64,000 bases of DNA from Pirellulaceae bacterium (GTDB taxonomy: Bacteria > Planctomycetota > Planctomycetia > Pirellulales > Pirellulaceae). The stretch's first letter is position 1; every line of letters starts with the position of its first letter. Of this stretch, positions 9,018-17,216 are shown piece by piece. The notes below the pieces were generated by a model. That model had not been told where the DNA came from and did no database searches. It saw nothing but the letters and a program-made list of their open reading frames with translations. The position numbers and the translations under genes are program-made. The DNA is taken from contig JADYZV010000052.1 in assembly GCA_020852965.1 (NCBI GenBank), positions 20,989 to 84,988 on the forward strand, given 5' to 3'.

Positions 9018-10688
9018 CTAACCACTCTCGCTCAGAAGCAAACTGCGATTGATCGCGGCCACCAAACCCAAAATCGACGCTTTGGTAATGGACTTGTGCT
9101 GGCCGACGCCAAACAGTTCTTGCCCATCGGCAGTCTTCACTAATACATAGGCGGCGGCAGAGCTATCGCTGCCCGCCTCCATGGCGTGTTCGTGATAGTC
9201 TTGAATGTCGACCGCCAAACCGAATCGTTCGGTCAAGGCATGGACCAAGGCGTCCAGAGGGCCGGCACCTTGGCCGGTAATCTCCTGCTTGTCACCTTGG
9301 TAGCTGACCGTGAAGCGATGCCGCTCTTGATCTTCGATGTCACAGTCGACAGGTGCGTGCGCGTGATAGATCAGCGTCTGCGTAGGTTTCATGTACGTTT
9401 CGACAAACTTGGCCGCCACATCGCGGGCTGACATCTCTTGGCCTGTCGCATCGGTGACCTTCTGAACGACTTGACTAAAGGCGATTTGCAAGCGGCGTGG
9501 CAGGTGGAAACCCAGTTGGTTCTCGACCAGGTAGGCCACCCCCCCTTTGCCAGACTGAGAATTGACGCGAATGACCGGATCGTATTGTCGACCAATGTCG
9601 ACTGGGTCAATTGTCAAATAGGGAACCTCGAAGCGCTCTTGCCCCGACTCCTTCAACGCCGCAAAACCCTTCTTAATTGCATCTTGGTGTGATCCGGAAA
9701 ATGCGGTGAAGACCAAGTCGCCAGAGTAGGGTGTGCGCTCGTGAACTCTCAATTCCGTGCAGAATTCTGCGATACGGCGGATCTCTTTCAAGTTCGAGAA
9801 ATCGAGTCCCGAATCGACACCTTGCGTCGTCAAGTTTAAAGCCATGGTAACGATATCCAGATTCCCTGTCCGTTCACCATTGCCGAACAGCGTTCCCTCG
9901 ACCCGCTCGCCACCAGCCAACATGCCCAGCTCGGAAGCTGCGATGCCGGTTCCGCGATCGTTGTGAGTATGCAGTGAAATGATCGTCTGCTGTCGATAGT
10001 TGAAGCTACGACAGAACAGTTCAATTTGATCGGCATACACGTTCGGCGTCGTCAATTCGACGGTGGAGGGCAAGTTGATGATCGTCTTGTTGTCCACGGT
10101 AGGCTGCCACACATCGCACACCGCCTCGCAGATCTCGACCGCAAAATCGATTTCGGTTCCCGTGAAACTTTCGGGAGAATACTGGAAGCGGATCTGTCCC
10201 GATCCACGCTCGGCTTTGGCCAGTTCGTCGATCCATCGCGCGCCATCGACGGCCATGCGCACAATATCCGCTTTTTCTGCATGGAAGACCACGCGACGTT
10301 GCAGGGTGGATGTCGAATTGTACAAATGCACAATCGCCGACTTGGCACCGCGTATCGCCTCGAAGGTACGCTCGATTAGTGGTCGGCGAGCTTGGACCAG
10401 AACTTGAATCGTGACGTCGTCCGGAATCAATTGCTGGTCGATCAGTTCGCGGACAAAGGTAAAGTCGGTCTCGGAGGCGGCAGGGAAACCGACTTCGATT
10501 TCCTTGAAGCCGATTTGTAACAGAGTACGAAACAGCTCCATCTTTTTGACAGGTCCCATCGGATTGATTAGCGCCTGATTACCATCGCGCAAATCGACCG
10601 AGCACCAAATCGGAGCCCGCGTCAGAGTCCGGTTGGGCCATGTGCGGTCGGGCAAACTTATCGGCGGAAAGGGGACGTATTTGGCCAT
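9018..10688 (-). CDS. leuA: 2-isopropylmalate synthase (yeast/actinobacterial LeuA type)
   Basis: PIWCSVDLRDGNQAL, EIEVGFP, SLHTHNDRGT, LFGNGERTGN, AFSGSHQDAIKKG and a C-terminal regulatory domain. Confidence 0.96.
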   Translation of the reverse strand: MAKYVPFPPISLPDRTWPNRTLTRAPIWCSVDLRDGNQALINPMGPVKKMELFRTLLQIGFKEIEVGFPAASETDFTFVRELIDQQLIPDDVTIQVLVQARRPLIERTFEAIRGAKSAIVHLYNSTSTLQRRVVFHAEKADIVRMAVDGARWIDELAKAERGSGQIRFQYSPESFTGTEIDFAVEICEAVCDVWQPTVDNKTIINLPSTVELTTPNVYADQIELFCRSFNYRQQTIISLHTHNDRGTGIAASELGMLAGGERVEGTLFGNGERTGNLDIVTMALNLTTQGVDSGLDFSNLKEIRRIAEFCTELRVHERTPYSGDLVFTAFSGSHQDAIKKGFAALKESGQERFEVPYLTIDPVDIGRQYDPVIRVNSQSGKGGVAYLVENQLGFHLPRRLQIAFSQVVQKVTDATGQEMSARDVAAKFVETYMKPTQTLIYHAHAPVDCDIEDQERHRFTVSYQGDKQEITGQGAGPLDALVHALTERFGLAVDIQDYHEHAMEAGSDSSAAAYVLVKTADGQELFGVGQHKSITKASILGLVAAINRSLLLSESG

Positions 10689-10737
10689 GACAGTTCTCGT
10701 GATTGACTGATGAAACGGTGATTTGTGGAAGCCTATT

Positions 10738-10780
10738 AAAACAAAAAACCCTGAAACTCGGCAGTGCGAGTTTCAGGGTT
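10738..10780 (-). terminator. Attenuator terminator upstream of leuA
   Basis: 14-bp perfect stem AACCCTGAAACTCG/CGAGTTTCAGGGTT with a 6-nt loop, followed on the minus strand by TTTTGTTTT; ~50 nt before the leuA ATG. Confidence 0.9.
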
Positions 10781-10825
10781 GGTGTGGATCTTCAATGTTG
10801 GTTTGAAGCGAACGAGACCGTACCC

Positions 10826-10888
10826 CTACCACTCGCTGGCGGCGAGCGTAAGTCGAAGCAAATTGTGGATGCGGTTCGCAGGTGTCAT
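10826..10888 (-). CDS. leuL: leuA leader peptide MTPANRIHNLLRLTLAASEW (alternative upstream ATG at 10924)
   Basis: Translated by hand. Leu codons TTG CTT CGA CTT ACG CTC give 4 Leu in 6 codons. TAG lies 45 nt before the terminator stem. Confidence 0.8.
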   Translation of the reverse strand: MTPANRIHNLLRLTLAASEW

Positions 10889-10949
10889 CGGATTGAGTAT
10901 AACTCGGAAAGGTAGTTGAAGCATTTGACTTGACAACATCAATGACTCC

Positions 10950-10979
10950 AGGATAAACCGTCCCTTAGCCGCCTGTCAA
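10950..10979 (-). promoter_or_regulatory. Sigma70-type promoter of the leu leader
   Basis: Minus strand TTGACA-N18-TATCCT. Confidence 0.6.
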
Positions 10980-11028
10980 TGCTAGTGCAATTTAGGACGT
11001 TTTCCACCCGCATTGGGTTCGCGCAGCT

Positions 11029-11062
11029 TTGGAGTGCGGGAATTTATTACCGCTTTGGCCCT
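11029..11062 (+). repeat. REP-like element TTGGAGT-GCGG..loop..CCGC-TTTGGCC
   Basis: Related copies at 12657-12688 (-) and 43221-43254 (+). Confidence 0.75.
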
Positions 11063-11194
11063 CCCAATAGTCAGCAGTGAGTTGAAACGTCGAGGTATAC
11101 GCCCCGTTCGAATCAAACTTGCTACAGCGCTGCGCGGTTAAACAGAATTTTTCTTCGGCAACGTTTACACGCGACCTGAGAACGAAACGAGCTC

Positions 11195-11740
11195 ATGATC
11201 AAGACATTTGAACAAGCGTACCAATTCGTTATCGACCACAAGGTTTGCACGGTTTTCGGCAGCAAGAACTCGCCCTACCCTTCGTTGTGGGACAACACAG
11301 GACTTTCCGAAAAGAAGCCCAAGGCCGGAGGTTGGAGCCCCAAGGTCGTGGCCGTTTGGGATTGGAAGACTCGCATACCGCAGACCTATCCTGACTCGAT
11401 CTTCTATGGAAAGGTCCCGGGAGGCGATGCAGTGCTCATGGAAATGCAATACTTCCGAAACGTGCATTATCCCGAAGCGTATCAGCCTTTAAGCGAGTTG
11501 GACCCGCTTAGTCAGCAAGTCTACGAGTTCATCCGCTTAGAGCCTGGATTCACCGGCACGCTACGCAAACGAACCCTTGAACGTCTGTCTTGCACGAAGA
11601 GCCAGTTCGAAACAGCGCTGAAGAGGCTGCAAGTAAGTTTGAACATCGTTCGTTCGAATGACCCAAAACTAAAAAATGACTTCTGGCTTCCAATGCGCGA
11701 AGTGCATTTGGATATTGTTCAAGCTACGAAAAAGGATTGA
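11195..11740 (+). CDS. Hypothetical protein, possibly AlkZ-related winged-helix family
   Basis: 181-aa ORF with convincing codon usage. SLW...W.WK..IP..Y...FYGK and a C-terminal HTH-like segment recall AlkZ-related proteins (from memory, not searched). Confidence 0.55.
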   Translation: MIKTFEQAYQFVIDHKVCTVFGSKNSPYPSLWDNTGLSEKKPKAGGWSPKVVAVWDWKTRIPQTYPDSIFYGKVPGGDAVLMEMQYFRNVHYPEAYQPLSELDPLSQQVYEFIRLEPGFTGTLRKRTLERLSCTKSQFETALKRLQVSLNIVRSNDPKLKNDFWLPMREVHLDIVQATKKD

Positions 11741-11989
11741 AGCCTCGAAGATAAATCGCGTTGCTACGCCACCGCCGGACTGTGTTGCCCTAGCTTCAAT
11801 ATTTTCTTGCCAACTCAGAGTCAGGTGGGGCACGAAAATGGAGCAACACTCTGACAACTGGCCTCCTTCGAAGCTAGTCTGCCCCCACGTGGCCCGATAC
11901 GGCGCGGTCAAGTCGAAGTTTTCTTCGCTAACCGTTTCGAGTGGCCGGAGAACTGGTCTGCTTAACCGCTGAAAGCGCTCGGCGCGCGT

Positions 11990-12480
11990 TCATGCCAGAG
12001 GGCTTGCTACACGTAAAGCGCGCAGCCGATCCCAACCTCGTTCACTCGCAACTAGGTGACGTGGCAGGTGGTAGGGCTGGCCGTTCTTTAAGGTCAACAC
12101 AACGCTGTCTGGGCTATCTGCTTTCGATGCGACGTCGCTAAAGGGCATTCGTGCAGCGGCGAAAATATTGCAGGTGGCGAACTCCTGCTGGCTGATCCAA
12201 GTGCTGCCAAGATCAGAACACAAAAGCCAAGCAGCACAATTGCATCGACGACTTTTCCCTTGGAGATCGCAAGCAACACACTCACCGGTGCGAGTACAAG
12301 AAAGATAATCCCTAGTAGAACTGCCAGCACCACAATGAGCCACCACTCCTGGTCGCGCGGCAGCATATCTTGGTAGTCGGATCGTTCAATTGTGCCGTTG
12401 AATTTTAGCGGCTCACTCGGTAGAGGAGCAGCAGCCGTGTGGGAGGTGGGTTCGTAGGGATTGATGGTCGGCTGTGTCAT
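11990..12480 (-). pseudogene. Frameshifted YcxB-like membrane protein
   Basis: The N-terminus (NPYEP motif + 2 TM helices) is in one frame. A YcxB-like C-terminus (MPFSDV..DSVVLTLKNGQPYHLPRHLV) is in another frame. The switch lies near 12200. Confidence 0.55.
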
Positions 12481-12695
12481 CGGATTGAGAAAGCGGGGGG
12501 AATCTTCGGCGTCCCCAAAGCCCCTTGGAGACTGCTACTTGTCGCATTTTGGGCGTTCAGTGTGGCCGCTACCAAGCGGAAAGCAGCCAGGCGAGAAACG
12601 CTTGCGCCAACGATATCCTTGCCGATAGATATTCTGGTGCTACAAACTATTGGACAGGCCAAAGCGGGGATCAATCCCCGCACTCCAAAAAAAGG

Positions 12696-15600
12696 CTAGT
12701 TCTGTGTGGCCAACAACTCTTTCAAAGCGGCTTGTTTGGCGTCACCGGAGTGGAAGTCGAAGGCGCGAAAGTAGCGCAGTTGTTCCTGCTCGCTGGGAGT
12801 GGTGGCGATAATCTCAGCCAAGTAGTGACACGCCTTGGGCGAGCGGCAGCGCCAAACGATATCGCGGCCGCCCGGCGTATTCCATTTGTCTCCAACTCGG
12901 CCTAGCCAAGCTTGGAAGAAGCTATCCCATTGCTTGTCGGCACCGATGCCGAGCGATTCGATGTACCAGCGATCGCTGCCATCATGTTGCACGGCTAGTT
13001 CGGCCCATAGCTGGGCCGCTTGCGGATTTTTATTGTGCCGCAGGGCGATGGCCAATTCACGGCGCACTGCCGCCGACGGATCACGTTTCAACTGCTCGAC
13101 GATCGGCAGCACGTCGAGCCCATGCTCGCGAGCTATGCGGATACCAACGATACGTAGGTTCGCATCGGCGTCGGCCAGTGCCGTTTGCACCTGTTGCTGT
13201 GGATCGCCGCTGACGATGGCCAACTGCCATAGTGCGCGGGCTCGCAGCGAATCGTTTGGGGCAGAAGTCGAGGCTTCTTCAAGAGCGGCGGTTGCTGACT
13301 TGCCCATGCTCTGCAGCGCGCGCTGTGCTAGGAAGCGGGTAGCCAAATTCGGATTCATCAGCGACTCGGTGGCCGACTTGGCTGTCGAGAAGTCGGCCTT
13401 GGGAAATCGGTAGCCCTTGTGTCCGGTGGGAACGATGCGGAAAATGCGCCCATGCTGAGGGTCGCCCATGGCATGGCCACCGACGCCAGGGTCGTACCAG
13501 TCGGCTACGAACAACGAACCGTCGGGGGCGGCACAAACGTCTACGGGACGGAACCAAGGATCGTTGACACCCTGGACCATGTTCAGAATGGTCGCCGTGT
13601 AGCCCGCGCCATCTTGTTCGACTGGATACGCTCGGACCACATTGGGCCCTGGATCGGTGTGAATGATCTGATTTCGGAATTGTTTGGGGAGCAGCGTACC
13701 TTCGTAAAAACAAATTCCGGTTGGTGAGCCCGCACCGGTCTGCAAAATGTTTGGAACCACACCGGGGTCGTTCAAGTGCCAATGTTGCAGAGGAATCTCC
13801 GCCTCCAACCCGGTTCGCGGAACCTGCCATGCGTCACCGGTTAGTTCGTCGCGATATCCGTAGTTGCCGTACTCCATGACGAAGTTGATCCGCGTGCCGC
13901 GATTGCCATCGTCGTCGTTGTCCGATTGCCACATGTTTCCAAACGAATCGACGCACAGCTCCCAATTGTTGCGGAAATTCCAACCCAGAGTTTCCAGGTC
14001 GCTGCCATCCACGTTGCAGCGGAATACCATCCCCTGTTGATAGGGATGACGACTGTCGTCGACGACATTGCCAGCCTTGTCGACGATGGTATCGCCGCCT
14101 GCCGACTTGAGCTGCTTGCCTTCGTTGCCGAAATTGAAATAGAGTTTGCCATCGGGACCGACGTTAAAAGCATGGATGCCGTGATCGTGCTGAACCCCCG
14201 AGATACCGGTAAACAATGGGCGTTTGGAGTCGGGGATTAGATCGTTGTTTTCATCGGTGAAGACCAGCACTTGAGAGCCGGCTGAAACGAAGATCTGATT
14301 GCCGAGGACGGTGACTCCGTGTGGCGAGTCGATGTCGGTGCCTTGATAGAATACGGTTTGATGCTCAGCACTACCGTCGCCATCGCGATCTTCAAGGACC
14401 AAGATGCGATCACCTTCGCTTCGCTCTGGGTTGTTCGGATTGCGAAAGTGGCGATAGTTGACCGACTCGCAAACCCACACGCGTCCCAAGTGATCGACGT
14501 CGATGCTGGTGGGACTGAGCAACTGCGGCTCAGTTGCGAAGACTTGGACTTCGAGTCCATCAGCCACGTCGAAACCGGCCACTGCGCGACTCGGGTCGTG
14601 CGACGCATCAATGATGACAGATGCGGCTTGCTTCGCCGCTCGATTGCCTTCTGCCGGGTCGGATGGCTCTGCGTTGTCGCTGCGGCGCAGGCTGGCCGTG
14701 TACTCGACCACGTCGATGAGATTCTGCAGCGACAGTGCCTTCTGCAAATCGGCTGGCATCAACGACACCGACTGTTTCTTTAAGTCGTCGACATCGGCGC
14801 GCTCGACGGTCGTATCGATCCCTTCGGCATTGCGAATCGTTAGCGATTGGTCGTTCTGATTCATCAACAATCCCGTAAGCACCTGTCCGTCGGCGGTGAG
14901 GAGTGTGTACGTTTCATAGTTATGGCTGACTGCCGCGCTGGGATTGAGAATGGCTAGAAACATATCTTCACGCGCCAGCTTGCTACCGATCTCCGACAGG
15001 TCGGGCCCGATCTCTTTTCCTTCTCCATGGACCTTGTGGCATTTGCTACAAGTGCCGGTGGTGGTGAAGACCTGCTGGCCGGCTTCCGCGTTGCCGCGTC
15101 GTTTGGCTAGCTCTTGAATCGGCGGGATGGCTTCCGACGTAGCGGTGGCTGGTGGCTTGAGCAGCTTGGCGGCAGCGTTCTTGATTTGCTCATTGGTAGA
15201 ACCCAGTAGTGCGTCGGTCACAGCGAACTGGATATCTTCTGTCACTTGGCCGGTTTGGGCCATTTCAAGCAACGCTTGTTGGCCGGCTTCGGAACGCCCC
15301 AGCGCGGCGGCAGCGGAGCAGCGCAGTTGCCGATTGCGCGCGGTATCGTGGATGATCGACAAAAGGAATTCGCGCGCGGCGAGTTCGTTGACATAGCCCA
15401 ATGCACTGACTGCCGCAGCGGCTTGTGGCTCGTCGGCTTGCTCAATGGCTGATTGGATCGCGGGCAGCTTGTGTTGACTGACCAATATCTTGGCCGCTTC
15501 GACGCCTAGGGTATTGAAGGGGACCGCAGTTACCAACTTGAGCCATTGTTCGGTCTGGTCCAAGACTCCCAGTTTCTTGGCGACCTCCAAGTACTCCGGC

Positions 15601-15809
15601 GTCCCACTTTTGCGTTCGAGAAAGCGCAGCACCGCTGCGCGCTCGTTGGGGTACTGGGCTAACGTTCCGGAAGGCAGACGCAATAGTGCTTCCACGACGG
15701 CGTGATCGTGCGCCACGGTTGGCTCGTGAGCGCGGATGGCCGCAATGTTTGATAGGGCTGCTCCAAGCAGGAAGGCTAGGCTGCAAAGAGGGGCCAAGTT
15801 GAATCGCAT
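12696..15809 (-). CDS. PVC-type heme-binding CxxCH / membrane-bound dehydrogenase-domain protein with HEAT repeats
   Basis: Signal peptide, CSKCH heme domain (GPDLSEIG..LNPSA), beta-propeller dehydrogenase domain (FATEP..DHLGRVWV, DNDDDG, DWYDPGVGGH) and HEAT repeats. Confidence 0.9.
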   Translation of the reverse strand: MRFNLAPLCSLAFLLGAALSNIAAIRAHEPTVAHDHAVVEALLRLPSGTLAQYPNERAAVLRFLERKSGTPEYLEVAKKLGVLDQTEQWLKLVTAVPFNTLGVEAAKILVSQHKLPAIQSAIEQADEPQAAAAVSALGYVNELAAREFLLSIIHDTARNRQLRCSAAAALGRSEAGQQALLEMAQTGQVTEDIQFAVTDALLGSTNEQIKNAAAKLLKPPATATSEAIPPIQELAKRRGNAEAGQQVFTTTGTCSKCHKVHGEGKEIGPDLSEIGSKLAREDMFLAILNPSAAVSHNYETYTLLTADGQVLTGLLMNQNDQSLTIRNAEGIDTTVERADVDDLKKQSVSLMPADLQKALSLQNLIDVVEYTASLRRSDNAEPSDPAEGNRAAKQAASVIIDASHDPSRAVAGFDVADGLEVQVFATEPQLLSPTSIDVDHLGRVWVCESVNYRHFRNPNNPERSEGDRILVLEDRDGDGSAEHQTVFYQGTDIDSPHGVTVLGNQIFVSAGSQVLVFTDENNDLIPDSKRPLFTGISGVQHDHGIHAFNVGPDGKLYFNFGNEGKQLKSAGGDTIVDKAGNVVDDSRHPYQQGMVFRCNVDGSDLETLGWNFRNNWELCVDSFGNMWQSDNDDDGNRGTRINFVMEYGNYGYRDELTGDAWQVPRTGLEAEIPLQHWHLNDPGVVPNILQTGAGSPTGICFYEGTLLPKQFRNQIIHTDPGPNVVRAYPVEQDGAGYTATILNMVQGVNDPWFRPVDVCAAPDGSLFVADWYDPGVGGHAMGDPQHGRIFRIVPTGHKGYRFPKADFSTAKSATESLMNPNLATRFLAQRALQSMGKSATAALEEASTSAPNDSLRARALWQLAIVSGDPQQQVQTALADADANLRIVGIRIAREHGLDVLPIVEQLKRDPSAAVRRELAIALRHNKNPQAAQLWAELAVQHDGSDRWYIESLGIGADKQWDSFFQAWLGRVGDKWNTPGGRDIVWRCRSPKACHYLAEIIATTPSEQEQLRYFRAFDFHSGDAKQAALKELLATQN

Positions 15810-16021
15810 GCAAAAGCTACCTATGGAGGAGGAAACGGAGGATACGGGAGCGGTCCACGACAAGTTTGCTTAACTCGTGACGGGGTAGAATTGTAATCCA
15901 TTGTAAATTTTACAAGTCTTTTTTTCAAAAGTGCAGTAGCGACAAGCTGTTTGTTTTCACCAGCTTACCTAAGCCGGCGTTAAAACGGGCTTCGATCTGA
16001 AATTCTCAGGAGAATTCTCCT

Positions 16022-16038
16022 TTGGCACGCCGCGTGCT
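16022..16038 (+). promoter_or_regulatory. Sigma54 (-24/-12) promoter
   Basis: TTGGCACG-CCGC-GTGCT gives exact GG-N10-GC spacing with one mismatch to TTGC. Palindrome TTGTAAA-T-TTTACAA lies ~110 bp upstream (15901-15915). Confidence 0.7.
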
Positions 16039-16048
16039 TTACTGGAGT

Positions 16049-16412
16049 CCTCAGTGGCATAACACCGAGGCCCGTCGCGGAGCTAGGTTGCCACACCAAG
16101 AGTGCGGATGCATTTGACCAATGCCCGTTAAGTAGAATCGAGGGAACTCGACGAGCCGGTAATTCCTCCGCCGGTAGTCGATAGAGCGTTTGGAATTGCG
16201 AAGCTGGACGACAGCGAGCCACGGTCGGCCAGTTCGCAGGCAGGGTCCAAGCGACACGAACAGGGATGCCCCCCGTGACCTTAGAGGCAAAGTCGCCGGT
16301 GTATGGTGACAAATTAATTTAGCTGCTTGCAGCCTAGGCCCGCTTTTCACGGTTGGAAAGGGTCCGCTCGGGCGAGCCTTCAATGGAGGCTCTCCGAGCG
16401 GGCCCTTTTTCG
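16049..16412 (+). ncRNA. Candidate structured sigma54-dependent small RNA (~360 nt)
   Basis: Bounded by the sigma54 promoter and an intrinsic terminator. No plus-strand ORF. Many predicted stem-loops, two with clear GGA tetraloops. Confidence 0.55.
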
Positions 16413-16415
16413 TTT
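16357..16415 (+). terminator. Intrinsic terminator
   Basis: Stem AAAGGGTCCGCTCGG/CCGAGCGGGCCCTTT with an inner GAGCCT/AGGCTC hairpin, followed by TTTTTCGTTT. Confidence 0.85.
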
Positions 16416-16712
16416 CCTATCAGCACTTGCGACGCGGAGCGTCGAGCCACATTCACTCACTTGCGACGCGGAGCGTCGAGCCACATTCGCTGTGGCCCGT
16501 CGCGTCCCTACGAAGTACACAGCCAAAAATGCTATGGTCATCAGCAACATTGAGAAAAGATCCGCAGGGGTGACTATGGCTGCCAAGCACATACACCCAA
16601 CAATCGCCAACATCGGACGATAGTACCGTGATCGACCGATGAACATCATCAACGCGGCAGCCCCGACTACGAATGTCGCGGCAAGTTCTAGATATCCAAT
16701 TTGTAATAGCAT
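16380..16712 (-). CDS. Small membrane protein (3 TM); 3' end runs through a REP duplication
   Basis: Three hydrophobic segments. AAIVTPADLFSMLLM resembles the TatC C-terminal motif. The last ~35 codons are repeat- and terminator-derived. Confidence 0.6.
   Translation of the reverse strand: MLLQIGYLELAATFVVGAAALMMFIGRSRYYRPMLAIVGCMCLAAIVTPADLFSMLLMTIAFLAVYFVGTRRATANVARRSASQVSECGSTLRVASADRKRKRARSESLH
16424..16488 (-). repeat. 34-bp direct duplication containing REP hairpin CGACGC-GGA-GCGTCG
   Basis: Reverse complement of the family at 4117. Confidence 0.85.
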
Positions 16713-17129
16713 CGCATTCAGCTCCAGAAGTGACGGTTTTTGAAAAAACTCGCCGAATGCATTCCGTCGACCAATTCGTCACGGAGATGAAGCGATTGTT
16801 AGTTGCATTCTAGCAAACTGACTGAGCTGAAACAATTATTGGGTCCGACAGTCAACTGAACAAGAAGGACGCGTTTGCAGTTATGTTTGGGTTGGCAAAA
16901 CACTAATCTATTTAACTGCGCAACGTGGTCGCGCAGGTGATGAGCCAACCCAAACGATGCGGCGGCACCGTTGCGGGGTACCAACGGGAGATCAGCCCGT
17001 CCTGGCCACGCTAGCCTGACCTAGGCGCGCTGACTCGCATAAACTGACCACTCGCTGGGCATCAAAACAGATCCAAAAGTAGCTCGCTGGTCACCTTCCG
17101 AAAGTCACGTAGGGGACCAACGCACTACA

Positions 17130-17154
17130 AGAAGTTGCTATCATAGGAACTTCT
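17130..17154. promoter_or_regulatory. 25-bp operator-like palindrome overlapping an extended -10 of the MFS gene
   Basis: AGAAGTTGCTATCATAGGAACTTCT is 22/25 self-complementary and contains TG-C-TATCAT; 62 bp upstream of the ATG. Confidence 0.55.
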
Positions 17155-17216
17155 CGCGCGGACGGTCGTCGGTTTCTGCGTGCTTTTCGTCAACCTCCAA
17201 GCCCACCACTCAACGC

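Noticed and set aside
16270-16340. tmRNA tag-like ending (..CTG CTT GCA GCC TAG = LLAA*)
   Set aside because: An in-frame TAG immediately precedes it, and there are no tRNA-like 5' end, T-arm or CCA end.
15980-16383. Minus-strand ORFs of 110 aa overlapping the candidate sRNA
   Set aside because: No recognisable motifs, atypical composition and weak starts; the plus-strand promoter and terminator explain the region better.
17131-17153. Resemblance to FRT recombination arms (GAAGTTCCTAT / ATAGGAACTTC)
   Set aside because: The 8-bp spacer is absent and there is no other sign of engineering; treated as a coincidental natural palindrome.
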